The notes under the pieces: model-generated
Told to the model about the DNA's origin: nothing
What the model saw: the letters and a program-made list of their open reading frames with translations, nothing else
Databases searched by the model: none
DNA from: Myxococcota bacterium
GTDB lineage: Bacteria; Myxococcota; UBA4151
Length of the DNA: 64,000 nt
NCBI GenBank assembly: GCA_036338695.1
Contig: JAYZBQ010000004.1
Location: forward strand, 15,713-79,712
Reading direction: 5' to 3'
Part shown: positions 8,059-17,600 of the stretch, piece by piece
How positions within the stretch are numbered: the stretch's first letter is position 1
How the letters are laid out: each line of letters begins with the position of its first letter
Program-made: the position numbers and the translations under genes

Positions 8059-11000
8059 CTACGGGTCGACCACGACCGAGCTTGCGCCTGTGGAGGCTTG
8101 GTCATCGGGGTTGTAGTAGCTGTACGCTCGGCTCGGCGGGTGCTGAGCCGAGACCGGGCGTGTTGCCTGAAGACCGAAGCGAAGCTGCCGGCGCTCGCGC
8201 GGCTGCAGCGCCATGAGGTAGAACGTGATGCGGCGATCCGTGCGCTCAAAGCGCTGAACCGCGCCTGACTCGACCAAGCGGTTCAAATCATCGGCGAGCG
8301 CAACCATTCCCGGCGCCGTCGCCACGCTGACGATCACCTGGTCCATAGCGCCCTCATCAAGACGCGACGTCACCTCTGCGTCGACGCGCACGATCTCACC
8401 GACGCCTACCTGGCTGCGGTCATAGGTCACGCTCAGACCAAGCGATCCGACCTGCGCCGGCGGCCGGCTCCACGGCTCATAGCGGGTGCCGATCACCTGA
8501 TACATGAGGGTCCCTTCACCTGCGAAGCGCAGTGCGATGTCGGCTGTGTCGCTGCTCAGCGTCTGCCCGCTCAGGTCCAAGGTGTGGTGAACGTCGGCGT
8601 TCTCCTCGCTCAGGGTGATCTCGCCGACCTGCTCGTCCCCTAAAAGCACCTCCACCGTGCCGTTGGCGTTCGCCGTCGCTCCGGCCGCTGCAAGCGTCAG
8701 CGCCCGCAGGGAGTTCATCGTCGCCTGGGTGGAGTACCAGTTGCCGAAGGCGTCCTTGGTCGCGGCAAGGAAGGTCAAACCGTCCGCCGCCACCGCCGCA
8801 TGCTGACCGGCTTGCAGCATCGCTTGCACGACGAGTCCGGTCATCTCCACCTCACCAGGCGTCCCGCCGCCGCGCGCGCCTGTCCAGGAGTTGCCGGCAA
8901 AGGCCCACTTGATCTGACCGTCGGTCACCGTTTCTCCCGCCTCGACCAAGCGGTTGAGCATCACGGTCAGCAGCGGATCATCCGGTGCGGCGAGCGCAAA
9001 CAGGTTGGCGACCAGGGCTACGGCGTAGAGGTCGTCGGTCTGCTCGACGCGGGCTCGCAGGTAGCGCAGCGCCAGCTGCACCGAGCTGCCTGCTTTGCCG
9101 TCGTAGTGGAGCCCCGTAGCGATGTAGGCGGTCGAGCGCAGCACGTCCTCGCCGAGTGACTCGTTGCCAGCGTGCAAGGCGTCCCCAGCGGGCCACGAGC
9201 CGTCCGTCGCTTGCTGTTCGATCAGCCAGGCGCGGTGGCGATCCGCAACGGCCTCATCGGTGGCGATGATGCCCTCGAGGTCTGCGAACTGCCACAGCGC
9301 GATCGCGGTGAGGATGCGGTTGCCTGGGTCGTTGTTGCCCCACCAGTTGTACCCACCGGTCGGTGATTCAAAAGTCAGGATGCGCTGGTAGCCTGAGCGC
9401 AACAGGTCGATCGCTCGATTGAGCAGCTCGTCGTCGTCTTGCCCCGTGGCGAGCAGGTAGTTGTAGACCATGATGTTCGGCCAAGCCGTGGAGGTGGTCT
9501 GCTCGAAGCAGCCGCTCGGCATCTTGAGCATCGAGTCGATGCCCTCAACCGCCGACGTCGCGAGCCCTGGGTAGAGCTTCACCAAGAGCTCGTTGGCGCC
9601 CTCTACGCCCTCTGGCAGGTTCATCGAGACGTTCGCTGGAGCCGCGCCCAAGCGACCGCCTACGGTCTGGATCTCAGCGTCACCATCGGGTTGGATGCGG
9701 ACGCTGCGCCGGACGGCGTCGGCCTCCTCGCCAGCGATCGCCTGCACCTCGATCTCAACGGTCCCGACGCGCTCTGCGCGCAGGATGTAGGTGGCGCGCT
9801 TGACCTCGCGCGGCCCGAGCTCAACGCTGAGCTCCGCACCGCCGATCAGCGTCATCCCCTCGACCGGCTGGAGCGTGAGCGCCACGCGTTGAGCGTCCTC
9901 AAGGTAGTTGTAGACGATCACCGGGACATGGACTTCATCGCCGCGCGTCATGCTCACCGGGAGGTCGAGGTCGACGAAGAAGGGCTGAAAGACGATCAGG
10001 TCGCCCTCGCCGCTGCCGATGTGTCCCGTCGCCGAGTTGGCTTGCGCTGCGATCTTCCACGTCGTGATCGAGTCGGCGACGCGCAGGCCTTGCTCGGCGC
10101 GGCCGTCTTCATCGGTGATGATCATCGGCGCTGCGATGAGTGTCTCGGGGAACCAGCTGCGCACGCGCGGTGCGCCAGGCGCTGCGCCCCCGCCGCCTTC
10201 GTTCTGCTCGACGTTCGCTTCGGGTGGCTCAGGTTGACCGGGGTCAGCCTGTTCTGGCGCGCCCGCCGCCATGTCATCCGCTTCGGCAAAGCCCGTCCCG
10301 CGCTGCTGAGCGATGGCGACGCTCAGGTCGGCGGCGACCCGCAGGTCATCGACGGTGCCAAAGACCTCGTCGGCGCCACTCGAGACCAAGGTCGCCTGCC
10401 AACCGCCGACCTCGAACTGGTAGATTTTACCGAACGGGTCGGCGCGGCCAGTGAGCATGCGCTCCATGACGCCCTCGTAGTTTTCAAAGTCGACGTCGCC
10501 CGCTTCCCATTGGTTTTTGAGCTCCTCGACCAGACCGTCGAGCTCCCGCTGGAGTCGAGCGGTGAGGTGGGTCTTCGCTGCAGCCTGGTCGATCACCTCA
10601 GAGTCTTGATTGACCGTTGCGCCGGCGCCGCTCAAGCGAGCGAAGGCTGCCTCGGCGACGGTCTCATCTCGGCTCGAGAGGGCGCGATTGATGCTCACCG
10701 AGGGCGCAGGGCTCTGATCTTGCCCCGGGCGCAGCCCGAGGTCGAAGTAGCTCTCCGAGACCCCAGGTTTCGCCGGGGAGAGACCAAAGACGGATTCGTC
10801 GACCGCGGTCAAACCGACAGCGGCCTGCTGCGGGTTGCCCTCGGCGTCGCGCACCTGGATCGCCAGCCGCGCGTTCTCGCCGGGTCGGTAGCTTGGCTTC
10901 TCGGGCGTGATCGCCACGTTGATCACCTTACCGCCGTCAACGTGCACCAGGCTCAGGCCAGTGTAGAGCGCCCCCTCGGCGCTGCGTTGCAGCGCACGGA

Positions 11001-12849
11001 TCTGGACCCCGCCGTGTAGATCGGTCGGGAGGTTGAGCTGCGCGGTGGCGCGTGCGTCGCTGATCTCGACGGAGCTGGACGCAAGCACCTTGCCCTCGCG
11101 CAGCGCATCGACGATCACTCTGCCGTTGTGGCTCGAGGTGAGGTCGACGTTGAGCGCCTCGCCCGCTCGCACAAAGCGTTTCTCGGGCGCCACGAGGATC
11201 CCATCCACCAAGCCATCGATCATGACCTGAGCGCTGTGCGCCTGAGCGCCCAGCACGTCGACGCGCAGCTCGGTGGCGAGCTCCATGGCGGGCAGCTCGA
11301 TGCGCGCAACGCCTGAGGCGTTGCTGGTGGCCTCGAGCGCTCCGCCGCCTGGAAGGGTCACGCGCAGCTCCGCTTGGATGGGCTGACCACCCGGGTTGGT
11401 GACCAGGATGAGCGCAGGTTGAGCGACCTTCTTGAGCCAGCGGCCTGCGCTTGGCTGGATCAGGACGCGGCTCGGACCACCAGCCACGGGGAGCGTGCGC
11501 TGGCTCTGGAGCCGCTGCCCGGCGCTGTCCGTTGCGGTGAGGGTGAGCCGATAAGCCGCCTTGCCCTGCGCGACCAGCAGCGGGTCAAAGCGGCCGACGT
11601 CGAGCTGGAAGTCGAGCTGCCCGGCGGCGTTCGTGCGCCCCTCAAAGCGAGTGACCGTCGAGGCTGCGCCGTCGCGAACGGCGTCGCCGAGGAGCTCGAT
11701 CGTGGCGTTGGGCACGGGCTGACCAAAGGGGTAACGCAGGCTGAGTGAGCCGCTGAGCTGACCGCCGGGGCTCAGCCAGCTGCGCTCGAGCTGGAAAGTC
11801 ACCAGCATCCGAGGGAGCCGGTAGCGCTCGACGATCACCCGCTCTTCGACGGCGGTCTCACCGACCTGCGTGCGGATCAAGTAGGTGCCTTCGTTGACTC
11901 GATCGGCGAGCTTGAAGTCGATCGCCGCCACGCCATAGGCGTTGCTCGTCTCGGTGTGGCGATGCACGCGGTTCTCAGCGCCATCAAAGATCTCGAAGAC
12001 GATCGGCTGGTTGGCGCTCGGGCTGCGGTCACCCGCCTCGACGGCGAGCACGCGCAGGTGCATCGTCTGACCGGGTTGATAGCGAGGCTTATCGGTCGTG
12101 ACTTGGATGCGCTTGGTGCTCACAAAGTCGATCGGTACGCTCAAGAGCGCCTGACCCGAAGCACCGGCGCTGCTGAGGCGAAGGGTCGCTGCACCCGCCG
12201 TGAAATCGGTCAGGTCGGCTTCGAGCTCGGCGAGCCCGGAGGCGTCGCTGGTGGCTGAGCCGAGCGTTTTCAGCTCGCCCTCACCTTGTTGCAGACCAAA
12301 GTCGACCACGGCGCCTGCCACGACCTCGCCGGAGCTGGCGTCGCGCACGTAGCTGCGAAAGACCGTCGATGAGTTGACCGCAAGTTGGCGCGAGCCGATG
12401 GCGTGGAGCGCCAGGCGTGAGACTGCGCTGAACAGCGAGCGGCGCGCCCGGACGCGGTGATCACCCGCCGTCACGACCGCCTCGACGACATACTTAGCGA
12501 GGTCGCCCAGCGCGTCGACCTGGACCCCGCTGAGCTCGGCTGAGACTCCGGCGCCTGGTGTGCTCAGGGTCACGCTTGCGGTCTCTTTTGCCACCGTCAC
12601 GTCGCGCTCAGCGGCGAGGTTGATGAGCCGCATCTCGACCCTGGCGTCTTCGCTCCCCTCGCTAAGCGCCACAGGGACCGCCAGCGTGACCGTGTTGCCG
12701 CTGAGTGAGGCTGTGATCAGGTTTTCATCCAACGAGAGCGGGCCGGAGACCAGCTTGTCCGGCAGGAGCCGATCGCCGCTGCTCGGCTGGGTACAGCCGA
12801 TGGCGACGAGGGTGAGTCCGGCGAGAGCGGCGCGTGGCAGACCGAGCAT
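8059..12849 (-). CDS. Alpha-2-macroglobulin / thioester-containing lipoprotein
   Basis: MG-domain motifs TTDKPRYQPGQ and PEKPSYRPGE, RVRSWFPET, DSITTW, FQPFFVDLDLP, thioester motif GCFEQ (9499-9510), STQAT; lipobox VAIGC; SD GGAGG before ATG 12849. Confidence 0.92.
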   Translation of the reverse strand: MLGLPRAALAGLTLVAIGCTQPSSGDRLLPDKLVSGPLSLDENLITASLSGNTVTLAVPVALSEGSEDARVEMRLINLAAERDVTVAKETASVTLSTPGAGVSAELSGVQVDALGDLAKYVVEAVVTAGDHRVRARRSLFSAVSRLALHAIGSRQLAVNSSTVFRSYVRDASSGEVVAGAVVDFGLQQGEGELKTLGSATSDASGLAELEADLTDFTAGAATLRLSSAGASGQALLSVPIDFVSTKRIQVTTDKPRYQPGQTMHLRVLAVEAGDRSPSANQPIVFEIFDGAENRVHRHTETSNAYGVAAIDFKLADRVNEGTYLIRTQVGETAVEERVIVERYRLPRMLVTFQLERSWLSPGGQLSGSLSLRYPFGQPVPNATIELLGDAVRDGAASTVTRFEGRTNAAGQLDFQLDVGRFDPLLVAQGKAAYRLTLTATDSAGQRLQSQRTLPVAGGPSRVLIQPSAGRWLKKVAQPALILVTNPGGQPIQAELRVTLPGGGALEATSNASGVARIELPAMELATELRVDVLGAQAHSAQVMIDGLVDGILVAPEKRFVRAGEALNVDLTSSHNGRVIVDALREGKVLASSSVEISDARATAQLNLPTDLHGGVQIRALQRSAEGALYTGLSLVHVDGGKVINVAITPEKPSYRPGENARLAIQVRDAEGNPQQAAVGLTAVDESVFGLSPAKPGVSESYFDLGLRPGQDQSPAPSVSINRALSSRDETVAEAAFARLSGAGATVNQDSEVIDQAAAKTHLTARLQRELDGLVEELKNQWEAGDVDFENYEGVMERMLTGRADPFGKIYQFEVGGWQATLVSSGADEVFGTVDDLRVAADLSVAIAQQRGTGFAEADDMAAGAPEQADPGQPEPPEANVEQNEGGGGAAPGAPRVRSWFPETLIAAPMIITDEDGRAEQGLRVADSITTWKIAAQANSATGHIGSGEGDLIVFQPFFVDLDLPVSMTRGDEVHVPVIVYNYLEDAQRVALTLQPVEGMTLIGGAELSVELGPREVKRATYILRAERVGTVEIEVQAIAGEEADAVRRSVRIQPDGDAEIQTVGGRLGAAPANVSMNLPEGVEGANELLVKLYPGLATSAVEGIDSMLKMPSGCFEQTTSTAWPNIMVYNYLLATGQDDDELLNRAIDLLRSGYQRILTFESPTGGYNWWGNNDPGNRILTAIALWQFADLEGIIATDEAVADRHRAWLIEQQATDGSWPAGDALHAGNESLGEDVLRSTAYIATGLHYDGKAGSSVQLALRYLRARVEQTDDLYAVALVANLFALAAPDDPLLTVMLNRLVEAGETVTDGQIKWAFAGNSWTGARGGGTPGEVEMTGLVVQAMLQAGQHAAVAADGLTFLAATKDAFGNWYSTQATMNSLRALTLAAAGATANANGTVEVLLGDEQVGEITLSEENADVHHTLDLSGQTLSSDTADIALRFAGEGTLMYQVIGTRYEPWSRPPAQVGSLGLSVTYDRSQVGVGEIVRVDAEVTSRLDEGAMDQVIVSVATAPGMVALADDLNRLVESGAVQRFERTDRRITFYLMALQPRERRQLRFGLQATRPVSAQHPPSRAYSYYNPDDQASTGASSVVVDP

Positions 12850-13107
12850 AGAGAGCCTCCTTGAGCGCGTCGGGTTAGCGACCCGAGCGTAAGCAGTCGG
12901 TAGACTAGCCGAATATTGAGTTGGCGCAAACACCTGCGGTGATCCAGCGAGGCCGAGGATGCCGGGGCGAGGGCGCTGCGCACGGGACCTCCCGGACTCG
13001 ACTTGGCGCTGCGGCCATGTTTTGGCAGTAGGTGCCCACGAGGGCGGCGCCTCGCGCGGCGCTTGTGACTTATCAAGCCCTTCCTTCGGGCGGACGCAGG
13101 ACCTGTT

Positions 13108-14925
13108 ATGGTAAATCATGATTTCCCCACCACGTGGGTTCCGAGCCCGGACGCTGCTGCCGCGACCCATATAGGCCGGCTGATGCGCCAGCGAAATCAA
13201 AGTTTCGAGGCGCTCTGCGCCGACGCTGTCGACGACCCCGAGAGTTACTGGGCGCACGTGCTCGGCGCGCTTCAGGTTCGATTTGACCGCCAGCCCGACG
13301 CGGTGCGTTCGCCGGACGGGGCTTGGCTGCCCGGCGCCGAGTTGAACATCGCCGCCTCGGCGCTCGCGTGCGGGGATGAGGGGGACATCGTCTTGGTTCG
13401 TGGGCTCGAGACTGGCTCGATCGAGCGCTGGACGCGTGCCGACCTCACAGCGAGGGTTCGGCGAGCCGCCGCAGCGCTTGAGGCCATGGGTGTGAAGCCG
13501 GGTGATGCGCTGGCGATCGCGATGCCGATGACCGCCGAGTCGGTGGTCTTGTACCTTGCGATCGTGTGGGTTGGGGCCGCCGTCGTCTCGATCGCCGACT
13601 CGTTCTCAGCGCAAGAGATGCGGACACGGCTTGAGATCAGCGGCGCACGCGTCGCGTTTACACAAGACCTGATCGCGAGAGGCAGCAAGCAGATCCCGCT
13701 GTATGAACGCCTCGTCGAGGCGGGCGCCGAGCGCGTGGTGGTGCTGCCCCTCGGCGAGACCGTGAGCGTGCCGCTCGCCGAGGGCCATACGGCTTACGAC
13801 CAGTGGCTCGCAGCAGGGGAAGGGCTCAGCGTGGAGCCGCACAGCGCCTCGATCGAGCGGATCTCGAACATCCTCTTTTCGTCGGGGACGACCGGTACCC
13901 CCAAGGCGATACCGTGGACCCAGTTAACCCCGATTAAGGCGGCGGCCGACGCGTGGGCTCATCACGACGTGCAGCCCGGCGAGGTGGTGGTCTGGCCGAC
14001 CAACTTGGGTTGGATGATGGGGCCCTGGCTGATCTACGCCGCGCTGCACAACGGCGCGGCGATCGGGCTGTTCGAGGGCAGCCCGCTCGGGATCGGCTTC
14101 GCCCGGTTTGTCGAGACGGCGGGTGTGCAGATGCTCGGGGTCGTCCCAAGTTTAGTGAAGGCTTGGCGGCGCGGCGGCGTGCTCGATGATGCAGACTGGC
14201 GCAAGGTACGGCGCTTCAGCTCGACCGGCGAAGCCTCCAATCCGGCCGATATGGCTTGGTTGATGGCGCAGGCTGACGGTGCGCCGGTGCTGGAGTACTG
14301 CGGCGGCACCGAGATCGGCGGCGGCTACCTGTGCGGTAGCATGGTTCAAGAGCAGCGAGTCGGGCAGTTCTCGACCGTTGTCCTGGGCTGTCGGCTGTAC
14401 CTGCTCGACGATGAGGGGCAGCCGAGCGAAGCGGGTGAGGTCGCCTTGGTCTCGCCCCAGTTTGGCGCCAGCGAGCGCTTACTTAATGGCGATCACGAGC
14501 GCGTCTACTTTGCGGGGATGCCGGCTGGTCCCAACGGTGAGCGGCTCCGGCGTCACGGTGATTTTATGGAGCGCTCCGAGGACGGTTTTTACAAGGCGCA
14601 CGGTCGCGTGGACGACACGATGAACCTAGGCGGTATCAAGGTCTCGTCTGCGGAGATCGAGCGGGTGATCAACCGCCTTGAGGGGGTGGTTGAGAGCGCT
14701 GCGGTGGCGGTGACGCCCTCATCCGGGGGACCGAGCGAGCTGGTGGTGGTGGTCGTTCCGAGCACCGACGACGTCGAGGCCCTGCACGCGCAGGTGGCTC
14801 AGGCTGTCCGAAGCGACTTGAACCCGCTGTTTCGGGTCACCAAGACGGTGGCGCGCCCATCGCTCCCCCGGACGGCGTCGAACAAGGTCATGCGGCGCGT
14901 GCTGCGCGCCGAGCTCGAGGGCTAG
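13108..14925 (+). CDS. AMP-forming acyl-CoA synthetase (acetyl-CoA synthetase-like)
   Basis: ILFSSGTTGTPK P-loop, YCGGTEIGG, HGRVDDTMNLGGIKV, LPRTASNKVMRR. Confidence 0.9.
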   Translation: MVNHDFPTTWVPSPDAAAATHIGRLMRQRNQSFEALCADAVDDPESYWAHVLGALQVRFDRQPDAVRSPDGAWLPGAELNIAASALACGDEGDIVLVRGLETGSIERWTRADLTARVRRAAAALEAMGVKPGDALAIAMPMTAESVVLYLAIVWVGAAVVSIADSFSAQEMRTRLEISGARVAFTQDLIARGSKQIPLYERLVEAGAERVVVLPLGETVSVPLAEGHTAYDQWLAAGEGLSVEPHSASIERISNILFSSGTTGTPKAIPWTQLTPIKAAADAWAHHDVQPGEVVVWPTNLGWMMGPWLIYAALHNGAAIGLFEGSPLGIGFARFVETAGVQMLGVVPSLVKAWRRGGVLDDADWRKVRRFSSTGEASNPADMAWLMAQADGAPVLEYCGGTEIGGGYLCGSMVQEQRVGQFSTVVLGCRLYLLDDEGQPSEAGEVALVSPQFGASERLLNGDHERVYFAGMPAGPNGERLRRHGDFMERSEDGFYKAHGRVDDTMNLGGIKVSSAEIERVINRLEGVVESAAVAVTPSSGGPSELVVVVVPSTDDVEALHAQVAQAVRSDLNPLFRVTKTVARPSLPRTASNKVMRRVLRAELEG

Positions 14926-15470
14926 GGCGTCGTCGGCGTCGGCGCCGCAGGTGCGTTGTCGACCGCCTGGATATCGATCAGCGCGCGCGCCTGACCGACG
15001 CGCCCTCTCATGTGCTCGATCAGATGAAAAAGGGTCCGCTTTTTGAGCTTGCCCTCAAAGGCGGGCGCCCCGCCATGTCCTTTCCAGACGCGTTCGATCA
15101 TGGGGTCGATGGCGTTGTTGATCAGCTGTGGCTGCTCGACGTAGTTCGGCGCACCTTGGATGACGCCCTCACCATTGGCGCCATGACAGATCTCGCAGTT
15201 GCGTTTGGACAGGCTCATGAGGTCGTTGCTGTTGGGGTCCGGCTGGACGCCCGGCGGCAGCGCCGGAGGGTGGAGCGGTGTGCCGTCATCGAGCACAGGC
15301 GCCGGAGGACCCGTCGGGAGCCCCTCGACGAGCTGCGGCGGGAGCGAGGGCTGCGAGGAGACCGTCCCTGGGTCGAGCATCTCCACCTCGACAGGCTGAT
15401 CAATGATCTCAGGCCCTGCTTGTTGGCAAGCTGCGACGAGTCCCAAGGTGACAAAAGCTGCAAAGCGCAT
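14922..15470 (-). CDS. Monoheme c-type cytochrome lipoprotein
   Basis: Lipobox VAAC, Pro-rich tether, CEICHGANGEG; SD GGAG 9 nt before ATG 15470. Confidence 0.75.
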   Translation of the reverse strand: MRFAAFVTLGLVAACQQAGPEIIDQPVEVEMLDPGTVSSQPSLPPQLVEGLPTGPPAPVLDDGTPLHPPALPPGVQPDPNSNDLMSLSKRNCEICHGANGEGVIQGAPNYVEQPQLINNAIDPMIERVWKGHGGAPAFEGKLKKRTLFHLIEHMRGRVGQARALIDIQAVDNAPAAPTPTTP

Positions 15471-15489
15471 CACACTAAGCTCCAGAGCG

Positions 15490-16245
15490 ATGACGAGCAC
15501 CGAATACGACCCAGAACTCTATCATTTGTTGCATCGTGGCAACCCCGGCGATCTGCGCTGGTATCGTCAGCGCTGCGCAGGCGCGCAGCGCATCTTGGAG
15601 CTAGGGTGCGGCGATGGTCGGCTCCTCGTGCCGCTCGCACAAGACGGCGCACAGGTCGTCGGAGTCGATGCCTCCAAGGCGATGCTGGCTCGCTGTGCAG
15701 AGCGCTTCCACCGCGCAGGACTGCGCGCCGAGTTGGTCTGCGGCGATATGTCTGCCTTCGCACTGCCTTGGCGCTTTGATCGGGTCTTGATCCCGTACAA
15801 CAGCTTGTACTGTTTGACGACGCATTCGGCTCAGCTCGCCTGCCTCAAAGCGGTCGCCAATCACCTCGAGCCCGGCGGTCAGCTCCTGCTCGACGCCTAT
15901 GCCGCCGACCCCGTAGCGGCCGGCGAAGCCGCCGCCGAGCCTGTGGCCGAGCATGTGGTCGCGCTGTTCCATGACGGCGATCGACAGGTTGAGGTGCGCG
16001 AGCGCAGCGAGGAGCAGCCGGATCAGCAGCTGATCAACGCGACCTACGACTATCACCTCATCAGTGGGGATGGGACGTATTCACTGCAGAGCTGGTCCAT
16101 CCTGCAGCGCTACGTGTTCCCGCATCAAATGCGGCAGCTCGTCGATCAGGCGGGGCTTGTCCTTGAGGCCGTTTACGGTGATTTTGACCAGACGCCATTT
16201 ACAGACGTCAGCGCGCAGATGGTGCTGGTGGCGTCGAAGTTGTGA
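15490..16245 (+). CDS. Class I SAM-dependent methyltransferase
   Basis: RILELGCGDGR motif I, GVDAS, GDM, HLEPGG. Confidence 0.9.
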   Translation: MTSTEYDPELYHLLHRGNPGDLRWYRQRCAGAQRILELGCGDGRLLVPLAQDGAQVVGVDASKAMLARCAERFHRAGLRAELVCGDMSAFALPWRFDRVLIPYNSLYCLTTHSAQLACLKAVANHLEPGGQLLLDAYAADPVAAGEAAAEPVAEHVVALFHDGDRQVEVRERSEEQPDQQLINATYDYHLISGDGTYSLQSWSILQRYVFPHQMRQLVDQAGLVLEAVYGDFDQTPFTDVSAQMVLVASKL

Positions 16246-16256
16246 GGAGCGGGTAC

Positions 16257-17114
16257 ATGGGATGTCGATCCGGCTTGGTGTGGTTGGCGGTGATCGGTGG
16301 GGCAGGGTGTGTTCACGCCGTGCCGGTGGTGGACGCACGTGAGCACTTTGCGCAGGTGCACCAAGAGGCCAAATCGCGCGCCGCTGCAGCGCTTAAAGAA
16401 GCCAAAGAGGCGGACCGGCTCGTTCGTCGATTGTCGGATTTGATCGAGGACCGGACGCAGAAGCCGCTGCCTGAGCTCAAGCGGCTAGCCTCTGCCATGT
16501 CGGCGGCGGCGCAGAGCCTTCGAGCCCGAGCCCGAGCGATTCAGAAGGCGCGCACGCGCCTCGCCAAGCTGGGCCGCGGACGCACCGAGCTGCGGCGCAA
16601 TGAGCCTGGCTGGAAGCTCTATGAGACCCTCCAGCGCGACCTCGCTCGGCTCGACGCCGACAGCCGCACAGCGTATCGGAACTTTCAATTGCAACCGGAT
16701 GCGATCAAGCGCCTCTGCGCCGAGCATGGTGTGGGCCCGATGGATACCAGCGGCTTTGGTGACCGAATGGGTGCCAAGATCAAGGCGATGGATGCGCAGG
16801 TGCGAGAGGCGAGCGCGCACCTGGAGCGGGTCGAGTATCTGCTGGAGGAGGAGTCGGTGGATCCCGAGTCGATGCGTGCGGTGCAGGCTGCTCGCGTTCA
16901 GCTGCAAGCGATCACAGAGACCCGCGCCGAGGTCCGGCGAACGGCGCTGCGTTTTCGCCTTGAGACGAAAGCCGGTCCCGACGCCGTCATCGCGCCCGGT
17001 ATGGTCACCTCCGACCTGTTTGAGCGGCTGGACAACCTGGCCGCAGACATCAAGGCCTCGGCTCGGCGCATCCAGAAGCTGACCCAGTCCCTGCCCTCGA
17101 GAGACAGCGAATGA
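16257..17114 (+). CDS. Hypothetical helical/coiled-coil lipoprotein
   Basis: Lipobox-like GAGC; Ala/Arg/Leu-rich heptads; SD GAGGAG 7 nt before ATG 16257. Confidence 0.6.
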   Translation: MGCRSGLVWLAVIGGAGCVHAVPVVDAREHFAQVHQEAKSRAAAALKEAKEADRLVRRLSDLIEDRTQKPLPELKRLASAMSAAAQSLRARARAIQKARTRLAKLGRGRTELRRNEPGWKLYETLQRDLARLDADSRTAYRNFQLQPDAIKRLCAEHGVGPMDTSGFGDRMGAKIKAMDAQVREASAHLERVEYLLEEESVDPESMRAVQAARVQLQAITETRAEVRRTALRFRLETKAGPDAVIAPGMVTSDLFERLDNLAADIKASARRIQKLTQSLPSRDSE

Positions 17115-17578
17115 ATCAACCAACGAACGAACCAAACTACACGACGGTCATGATCATCTGGGGGGCGATGGTCTTCGCCGTGGTGCCGAACGTGATCGTG
17201 GCGGTCATGATTGCTGAGCCGAAAGAGGAGCCTTTCGAACAGACCATCATTGCCGTGATGTGCTTGATGGCCGTGTTCAATCTGGCGCTCAGCGTCGGGA
17301 TCAGGCGCTGGGCGAGTCAGCCGGCGCGGCTGCTCAGCGGCGGCCTGTCGCCTCAAGAGCTGAGCGAGCGTCAGTTCCCGATCCCGATGCAGCAGCAGAT
17401 CTTGACCTGGGCGCTCGCCGAGTCAGCGACGATTTTCGGGTTGGTGCTCAGCGTTCTGTCGGGCGATGCGCAATACGCGATCGCTTTGGGCGTTCTGACG
17501 ATAGCGACGATGTTCGTGTTCCACCGCCCCCGGCGTCTCATCCCCGAAGATTTCTTTGATGGGAGCCACGGGCTGTAG
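17111..17578 (+). CDS. Hypothetical membrane protein (about 4 TM)
   Basis: Four hydrophobic segments, WALAES..IFGLV motif; ATGA overlap with the upstream gene. Confidence 0.7.
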   Translation: MNQPTNEPNYTTVMIIWGAMVFAVVPNVIVAVMIAEPKEEPFEQTIIAVMCLMAVFNLALSVGIRRWASQPARLLSGGLSPQELSERQFPIPMQQQILTWALAESATIFGLVLSVLSGDAQYAIALGVLTIATMFVFHRPRRLIPEDFFDGSHGL

Positions 17579-17600
17579 GGCGAACAGAAGGGGAGAAGGC

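Noticed and set aside
9439..11019. 526-aa plus-strand ORF inside the macroglobulin gene
   Set aside because: Antisense shadow ORF with no recognisable motifs.
12850..13257. N-terminal extension of the macroglobulin ORF overlapping the acyl-CoA synthetase
   Set aside because: ATG 12849 has an SD (GGAGG) and is followed by a lipoprotein signal peptide.
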